Part shown: one piece after another, positions 46,466 to 64,000 of the stretch
Layout of the letters: every line of letters starts with the position of its first letter
Position numbering within the stretch: the first letter of the stretch is position 1
NCBI RefSeq assembly: GCF_009914755.1
Contig: NC_060931.1
Length of the DNA stretch: 64,000 bases
Direction: 5' to 3' (one strand)
From: the human T2T-CHM13v2.0 reference genome, Homo sapiens
The notes under the pieces: model-generated
Told to the model about the DNA's origin: nothing
Database searches by the model: none
Seen by the model: only the letters and a program-made list of their open reading frames with translations
Position numbers and translations under genes: made by a program

Positions 46466-48514
46466 GGTTTCTAGTGCTTGTAGTCTGGAGTGGCTGCCTG
46501 GGTTTAAACTCCAGTCTGCCCCTTACTGTTGATATCACTTTTGGTAAGTTACTTTACCTCTCTCCTGTGCTTCATAGTTCTCATTTGTAAAATGGGGGTA
46601 ATAGTTGTAGCTTTACTGTAGAGTTTTTATGATAGTAGTGAAGGGCAGCAACAGTCTTAGACAGAGTCAGTGCATTCCTTTCATGGGGCTCAGGATCCAC
46701 CAGACTCCGCATGGACAGCCCTGCAAAGCAAGCTCCTCAGCTTTTAGCCCATTGAGGAGCAAGCTTTCAGGGCCTTCTAGTCCACACATTGCCCCACTGA
46801 CGGTACTCCCTCATCAAAGAAAGGGTCTCCTAGGTCCACCAGGAAGCCCCCTGACGGGCTCACAGTGGTCATCGATGCCTTTCCATCCCCTCTCCACCCT
46901 TCTGAATTCCCCAGCTACACACTTGCCTGCCTCTGTGAGTGGGCATCTGATAACAATCCCAGTAAACTCCTGAATGCCTTCCACAAGGGTGAAGTAAGAT
47001 TGTCTTCGGATATCAGTCTACATACATTTATATATTTTCTTGAGTATACCATATTTGATATTGCTAGTCAGGCATTTATTATATGCAATCATAATTATTT
47101 TTACGTTTGTCTCATTAGACCAGGAACATTTTGGGGAGTACCCAGTCTTATTCAGCTTTGTGTCCCAATAACAGTGCCTGGCACATGGAAAGCATTATTT
47201 GTTTTTCAAAAGAATAACTAATATTATACTCAAAATTTGCTAATCATCTACATTTTATTTCTTTCTTCCTCACCTATTTCAAAGGTATCTGAAAGTTAGA
47301 AAAATATATATAGTGCTGGGTATTTTATCATATATGAAGTTGTTAATATGCCAATTATATTATGTTTGCTACGCTTCATGCCAAGATAAAGAAATTTCAT
47401 CCTTTATCTTCAGTAACAGTTGTTAGAGTGTTGATTATATCATCTAAAATATTTGTAAAATTGTAAAAATTTATAAAATCTACCCTTTATTTTTTCCATA
47501 TGCAATATGAAATGTAGCTTATGAACATACTGAACCCATACCTTCTCTAAAATCTAGAGTTGAGGCAGAGAGGTACAGAATATGTGTATATGTTCTAGCA
47601 AATGACAAATTAGGAAATAAATTATACCCCTCAATTATTCCTGTGATGTACATGGAAAAAATATCATGAATAAAAAGGAATTTAATTTCTTGAAACGTTT
47701 TTCAAGAATATAACTGGTGTAATTTGTATGCTTCAGTATCACCCAGTGTCTGTCTGCCATCTGTTTATCTTTTTCTTCTTCTTTCTGTCTCCTTCCCCTA
47801 TTCCCCCTTCCCCCTCCTCTTCTGTCTCGTCTTCCCAACCTCCCGTCCCCAGGAAAAAAGCTTTTTTATTTGATTCTAAGATTTATTACCATGAAAACAT
47901 TGTGAGGAAGAGAAATAAATCTTGCCATAAATGTGCCTTGTGTATCATTTGGAATAATAGATGCAGTGACACCTCACAAGGGGTTTTACAACCAGTGATT
48001 AATATCTACTCCAATATATTTCTGCTTTATAATACACTTGGGCATTCTTGTTTGGGAAAATTGCCTACTCACCATGTAGGAAAAGAACATTTTCTTCCCG
48101 ATTGCAATGTAATTGCTAAAAATCAATCTCAGAATCAAGAGATAAAACCTCCAAAATTCTTTAACTGCTCCTGCTGTTTCTGGGCTATGTGGCAGGTACA
48201 TATTTCTATTCATATGGTATGACTGAGTGAAGGCTGTAAGTCCTGAACATCCAAAGGTAAAATGTAAATATAGAATCAAGCAAAAAATTTTGCAGTAAGC
48301 AGAGAATGCACAGCCCAGGAACTTTAGAAGTAGACAGTCTAGTCAGAGTTTCAAGAGCTTTATCTCTCAATTGTCATAAGACCTCAAGTAAGCCTTGGTT
48401 TTCTTACCTAAAAAACTGAATGATGTGACGATTAATTGAAATACGTAAAGCACTTAGTGCCAGGTACATAGTAAGTGCTCAGTAATTGTTAGTTATCTTT
48501 ATAATACCATTATT

Positions 48515-49504
48515 GCCAGGTGCAGTGGCTCATGCCTATAATCCTAGCACTTTAGGAGGCTGAGGTGGGTGGATCACTTGAGGCCAGGAGTTCAAGACCA
48601 TTCTGGCCAACATGGGGAAACCCTGTCTCTACTAAAAATACAAAAATTAGCCGGACATGGTGGCGCATGCCTATAATCCTAGCTACCCGGGAGGCTGAGG
48701 CATAAGAATCACTTGAACCCAGGAGGTAGGAGGTTGCAGTGAGCTGAGATCACACCACTGCACTCTAGTCTGGGCGACAGAGTGAGACTCAGTCTCAAAA
48801 AAAAGGAAAAAGTGTGTGTGCGTATATATATGTACATGTATATATGTATATGTGTATATATATGTATACGTGTGTGTGTGTGTGTGTATGTAAATAAAAT
48901 ACCATTATTTAGTGAGACAAACCAGTTAAAATTTCTCCTGGTACAGTAATCTCCATCAAATGTAAATAGAATTACAGCATAATAAATTTTCTTTGTACAT
49001 GAGAATTTGGTTCCAGTATAAACAAATTAGAATCCTCTTTTATGAGAAATAGGAAAAGGGGAACCATAAAAAGTACCTTATGGCAAAGGGCAGAGAAATG
49101 AAAGGTTTTTGCAATTAAATTCTGGCAAATATTAAAGGGAACTGGAGGAAGCAATCACAAGTCTTAAAAATATACTCCAGTAGGCTGGGCGCGGTGGCTC
49201 ACGCCTGTAATCCCAGGACTTTGGGAGGCCGAGGCAGGCGGATCACGAGGTCAGGAGATCGAGACCATCCTGGCTAACACGGTGAAACCCTGTCTCTACT
49301 AAAAATACAAAAAATTAGCCAGCCTGGTTGCAGGCGCCTGTAGTCCCAGCTACTCGGGAAGCTGAGGCAGGAGAATGGTGTGAAGGCAGGAGAATGGTGT
49401 GAAGCCAGGAGGTGGAGCTTGCAGTGAACCAAGATCACGCCACTGCACTCCAGCCTGGGTGACAGAGCGAGACTACGTCTCAAAAAACACAAAACAAAAC
49501 AAAA
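48515..49504 (+). mobile_element. Two Alus (48515-48810, then a (TG/TA)n tract; 49183-49504)
   Basis: Alu consensus matches. TSD aaa(t)actccagta around the second copy. Confidence 0.92.
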
Positions 49505-50934
49505 CTCCAGTATCATTTATGAGGAATGAAGGGTTAGTAGCATATGCTTTGGAATTAGGTTACCATGATAGAGCTAAGACGGCATGTGAGTGTGCATTAG
49601 GCCTGGAAAACTCAACTTAAACGTACTTTAATCAGCAGGCAGAAGGGGAGAAAAATTAGGGAAGTTCTGTCTTTTTTATCATGAAAAATAAGAACCTCCC
49701 AGAACCTCCTAGAAGACTTTCATTTAGGTCTCATGGGTCAGAACTGTGTCATGTGGCCACCCTTGTGCATAACGGGGCCTGGAAAATCAAGTGTCTCTTC
49801 TGGGGCTGGATGCCCTACTATTCTGGATATAATCAGATTTCTGTTACCAAGCAGGAAGGGTGTGGGGACTAGATACGGGCTAGGAACTACCTTATGGGTT
49901 CTGCCACTGCAGGTATTAAAGAGGTATCCCCTATTTATTCCTTCTCATGCAAATGATTCTGCATCTCTTTGATTACAGTAGAAACCAAAGGTCAAGACAC
50001 AGGAGGCCTAAGTTACTAACATGGAGTCAAAAAGTTTTTAAGAAGTTGGATGGAGAACCAGACAGTTACTCTTTTTGGTGCATTCAGTAACAGAAGCAAA
50101 GTTAAATACATTTACAAGCACATCACCAAAACAATAGGGAATGGCAAATCCAGAAAGCATTGCTAGTAAGTAAAGATTGTTAAGTGAATGTGTTTGTCCA
50201 GTTAACTCATAATATCACCTTTAAGGTGGGTGAAATATTGATACTGTGTTTTTTGGTGTGCCATCTTTATCATTTAAGTGAGCATAATTATGAAGATTTT
50301 CATGAAGCTCTCCTTGGCCTTAGATTTCTAACTCAGCTTTCGCTATAAGGGAAGGTATTTTACCACCATGGTTGAGTAGGAATTATCGTAATTTACTTAT
50401 TACCTTGAATAACATTTAATGAAAAGATACAATTTTGAAAGCTAATGGTATGTTTTAGTCACTTAATAGAATTCATTGTCTTGCCTACCTATTTTAGTCT
50501 TGGGCAACTAATAAATATAATGTCAAAGGGGAAAGTCGTATTCAGTACTTTTAGCAAAAATATATGCCTGTAAATATGCACGTTTAAATCCTCTTTGGCA
50601 CAATTGGTTGGTCTCAAAATAGATTTGCCCATCTCTGAATGCTTAGCTATTACTTTCAATGACTTAAAAATGTAGACAAGGATGGAGGTTTTATGGTATA
50701 TAATATGCAGCTGGAGTGCAACAAAAGAAGGTACATATACTGCATTGTTTTTTTTTTTTTAACTTAAAAGGTGTTTTAGGGGATTTATACTTTAATGATG
50801 GGCTAAGACCCTGGTGGAGGACTCCCTGTATAAAACAACTATAAAACTTGTATATAATATAAAAAGCAACTACTCAAAGGCACTGGAGACTAAGCAGACT
50901 GCAGTGTAATTGGTTTTTTGTATTATGTCCAGAT

Positions 50935-51537
<603 letters not shown>

Positions 51538-52449
51538 TTCCCTGTGAAGGAAGTTTCTGTGTCCACGTCTTTTATCCTGGAGCTAAGTTTCATTTACATG
51601 GTGCACTCAGTGGCGGCAGGGGTTGCCTATGGCAAAATCACATTTTCCGGGAACCAGAAATCTAAGATGGGATAACAGGCTGATGAGATAATGAGGAAAA
51701 GGGATGAGCCAGAGGAGGGATCCAAAAATCTTGTCTGTGTACGTATCCAATCAAATTCTGAACAATGCGTGTCTGGAACAGACCCAAAGAAGCTTAGCTA
51801 AAGACGAAAGATAGAAATTGAGAGGAGAGCTGCTGCCCCAGAAACAGAATTTGCAATTCAATACAAGCAAGAAAACAGTGTACAAATTAACATTCCAGAT
51901 GCAGGGCAAAGTTACCTGCTATCTGTAGAACCAGGAACATAGTGTGAGAGAGAAAAATAGGTTTTCCTCTTACCCCTCGGAGTTTTTAGCTGGGACAGAC
52001 CCCTGTAACAAAAGACAAATTAACAAGAGAAAAACAAATAAGTGTTTTAATGTGTGTATTTCATATATACATGGGACGTACCCAGGGAATGAGTGTATCT
52101 CACACAGATGGCTTAACAAACCCAGCTTATATCTCATCTTCAGCAAAGAGCAATGCGTTTTTAGAGCAGTGACAAGACAAAGGACAGGGACTTTGAGTGT
52201 CTGGGATGCAAATCATAGAATGGCAAACAAATGAGGTTTGTGATGTAGATTTCTCTGGTGCCTTCTCCAGGCTGATGCCTTCCAGAGATTTCTTCGCTGG
52301 TTGGGAGGGAAGGAGGGACACCGTTTTTAAGTCCTGCTTTTAGGTAGGTGCGGGAGGGGAGAGAGCTATTCTGGCATCTACTTCTCAGTTCAAATTCATC
52401 CTTATGTCAAAATGAATGATTTTGAGGAGGCATATTCTGCTTTTCTACA

Positions 52450-55200
<2,751 letters not shown>

Positions 55201-55204
55201 ATCA

Positions 55205-59690
<4,486 letters not shown>

Positions 59691-60654
59691 GGACTCTAAG
59701 ACTATCAGAATAAATTAACAAAGACCTAACTGTATGTTACACAAGAGATGGACTTTAAATATAAAGAAAAAGGTTGAAAGTGAATGGATGGCCAAGTAAG
59801 CAAGCAGTGGGCATCTGAAAACTTAGTGACTGTGTGAAATGTCCCATAAAATAGCTCTTAGGGCGAGCAGGTAAAGAGGGTGTTCAGTTTTGATACTTAT
59901 GTTAATTAATTTTGTCCAGAGTGTAGCAAAAGGTTTTTGAATCAGGAATTTCTTCCTATTTACCTGACAACAAATAACCAGTGGGCAGTTCCCGGGTCCC
60001 AGTTCTTATCTGTGGTACAATGCAGTGCAGGTAGGGTATGATGGCCTTCATCAGCAAAGCCAGTATTGTAGATAAGGAAAGAAGGAAAGTAAATTGTCTG
60101 TGCTTTTTTATAAAAGGGGAAAAGGCAGTTGTCTCCCCTTCCCTTTCTGAGAGAGTCTCATTAGCATCATCTTTGTTTAATCTTTTCAGAATGTACATAA
60201 ATATCTGTATGGAAAAGATGAGCCCATTGTCTTCAGTTTTACAAGTCAGAAATGTCTCCTGGTTCTGGGGCCTCATGGCACTTTGAAATGTAAACATGCA
60301 CATCCAGGATTGAGGAAACTTCTCTGGAGTTCACACGCTGCAAGCCTTAGTTCCTAAGGTTTACTTTTAGTCCAGAATCCCAAATTTCAGTAGAATTTGC
60401 CCTCAAAGCCCTAATTGTGCAGAAACCTAAAAGTATTTTCTTTACAATCTCACGGAAGAACATTTCATTATGAAACTGAGTCGGTTTGTCAGGAAGACGT
60501 ACTAGCCATTAATTTGCCTATGCTTAATAACAGAACTTCCAAATATATGAAAGCAAAAAGAGAGAGAGAGTTAAAGGGAGAAATAATTCCATAGTCATAA
60601 GGGGAAACCTCCCAATTAATAGAGCAAGTAGATTTATAAAAATCAGCAAAGGTG

Positions 60655-61123
<469 letters not shown>

Positions 61124-61341
61124 TCAGCAAAGGTAGGAAAGATCTTAACAACACTGTTAAGCTACATTATTTAAGAATATTGCGTATTTCTCTTTGGAGA
61201 GACTGCCAACAATGAATAAGAATACCTATTTTGTTTGCTCTTAGTCTTGGGACTTAATTCTTTTTATATATATATATTTTTTAATCTGGTAAGAAATCCA
61301 TGGTACTTGTTTTTATTTGCATTTCATTAGTTACTGAGTGA

Positions 61342-61650
<309 letters not shown>

Positions 61651-62125
61651 TGAACTTTTTTTGTGTATGCTTATCATTTGTTTTTTCTTTTGTATGAAGA
61701 TGTTAATAATTTGGGGTCTAGTTATGTATTATGTTTATTGTTGATTTATATCTTATATTCTATGTATTTCCCCTTTGTCATTAACTTTTAAACCATCTTT
61801 CTGATGTTCTTGATCTTACAGAAGTTGAAATGTTTATATAGTTAAATCCATCCATTTTTCCTTTTTTTTTTAATTCTTTGATTTCTGCAAGTTGTTTGTT
61901 GTTTTTTGTGATTCTACTTATGAGTTATAGTCTAAATAGGGTATTATCTCATTAAAAAAAGTAACCTTATAAAAACCAAGATAGACTCCAACCAATGATG
62001 CACTGAGATGGTCCAAGGAAAGTAACTTCTGTCTGTTATGTTTGTACAACTTAGACTTTAAAGTATTTATTGCAACATTGTCCCATTCTTGTGAAGTTAA
62101 AGTTATCTCTTCTTTTGGATCTCAG

Positions 62126-62243
62126 ATCATTCATAATTTCATAAGACGGATCCAGACCAAAATTAAAGATCTTCTGCAGCAAATGGAAGAAGGGCTGAAG
62201 ACAGCTGATCCCCATGACTGCTCTGCTTATACTGGCTGGACAG
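62126..62243 (+). CDS. LANCL2: LanC-like protein 2, coding exon 2 (118 nt)
   Basis: Pyrimidine tract plus CTCAG acceptor ending at 62125. Reads IIHNFIRRIQTKIKDLLQQMEEGLKTADPHDCSAYTGWTG in frame with exon 1. Donor CAG|GTGAGG at 62244. Confidence 0.96.
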
Positions 62244-62285
62244 GTGAGGCTGTGGGGTCTAAATCACTGATACATTTTATTCTTA

Positions 62286-62980
<695 letters not shown>

Positions 62981-63582
62981 GATTTTATACCTTTTAATTG
63001 AGGTCTTGCTCTATGTCTTCAATGATGAGATGATTTGGAATTTTATTTCTAAAGAAATGCTTTCTTCCTGAAGTTTGAACTTTAATATCTAGTGTGTCTT
63101 TTTTTTATAACATTATTTATTTAACCTAATATATAGCTGTCTATGAAAATGTGTAACTATTAAGAGCAAACTTTCCCTAGGGTCAGTTTTAAAGGATTCT
63201 TTGCTGCTCTGGTCATTGTGACAGGCTGTGGTGAGTGGTCTCTCTGTTCTGTGATATAAACTAACTACCCTACTGCCTGTACTCATTTGACTCATTTGTG
63301 CACATAAATGTTTTTATTTTTATTTTAATGATAACAACCAATAATACACTTCACATCAAAAAATGTAATTGAAAAATTAACTTGCCTTAACTAATCTTTG
63401 CATTCTTATTATTTTACCCAGTATTCAGAACATTCTAATAATTATTCGGGGAATATAAAGGATATAAAAGATAACCTTGTTCTCAGGGATTAGACTGAAG
63501 TCCAAATTGCTAATGACAATTTATATACAGATTTAGAGTGATTTCTTGCTGAATTCTTGTAGCTTAATTAATAAACAGCATA

Positions 63583-63903
63583 GGCCAGGTGCGGTGGCTC
63601 AAGCCTGTAATCCAAAGCACTTTGGGAGGCCAAAGACGGCAGATCACTTGAGCTCAGGAGTTCAAGACCAGCCTGGGCAACATGGCAAAACCTGTCTCTA
63701 CTAAAAATACGAAAATTAGCTGGGCATAGTGGCATGGGCCTATAGTCCCAGCTACTGGGAACGCTGAAGCAGGAGAATCAATTGAGCCCAGAGGCGGAGG
63801 TTGTAGTGAGCTGAGATCACATCATTACACTCCAGTCTGGGCAACAGGAGTGAGACCCTGTCTCAAAAAGAAAAAAACAAGCAAACCAAAAACCAAAAAA
63901 AAA
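63583..63903 (+). mobile_element. Alu
   Basis: Alu consensus match; TSD aaacagcata. Confidence 0.93.
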
Positions 63904-64000
63904 CAGCATAGACAGAGATATACATGTTAGAGCCACCATGAACCAAACATGGGCCCTTGATAATATTGTATTTGTATTTATATTTACATTCATTTTTGTG

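Overview
Primate (human-like) genomic DNA, very rich in Alu and LTR repeats. It contains the 5' part of LANCL2 on the + strand: a CpG-island promoter at ~35.8-36.9 kb, coding exon 1 at 36356-36559, a ~25.6-kb intron 1, and coding exon 2 at 62126-62243. The gene continues beyond the window. Upstream is a 5'-truncated, frameshifted, intronless REXO1 processed pseudogene (~12730-16110) that is unusually CpG-rich and is fused head-to-head with a truncated AluY. The rest is Alus, ERV1/ERVK/MaLR LTRs (several nested, with readable target-site duplications, TSDs), old L1 fragments, MIR/MER DNA repeats, a 44-bp minisatellite and a defective provirus with gag zinc-knuckle remnants. Nearly all ORFs in the track are repeat-derived or GC-rich noise. 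I see no convincing new biological system. The best leads are regulatory or structural: a MER41 GAS/STAT enhancer candidate; CRE, G4, uORF and alternative-start features at LANCL2; inverted Alus around exon 2; a probable Alu-insertion-mediated deletion; and a four-layer transposon nest. Gene and repeat family names come from recalled sequences, not from a database search, and most repeat boundaries are approximate unless a TSD is quoted.
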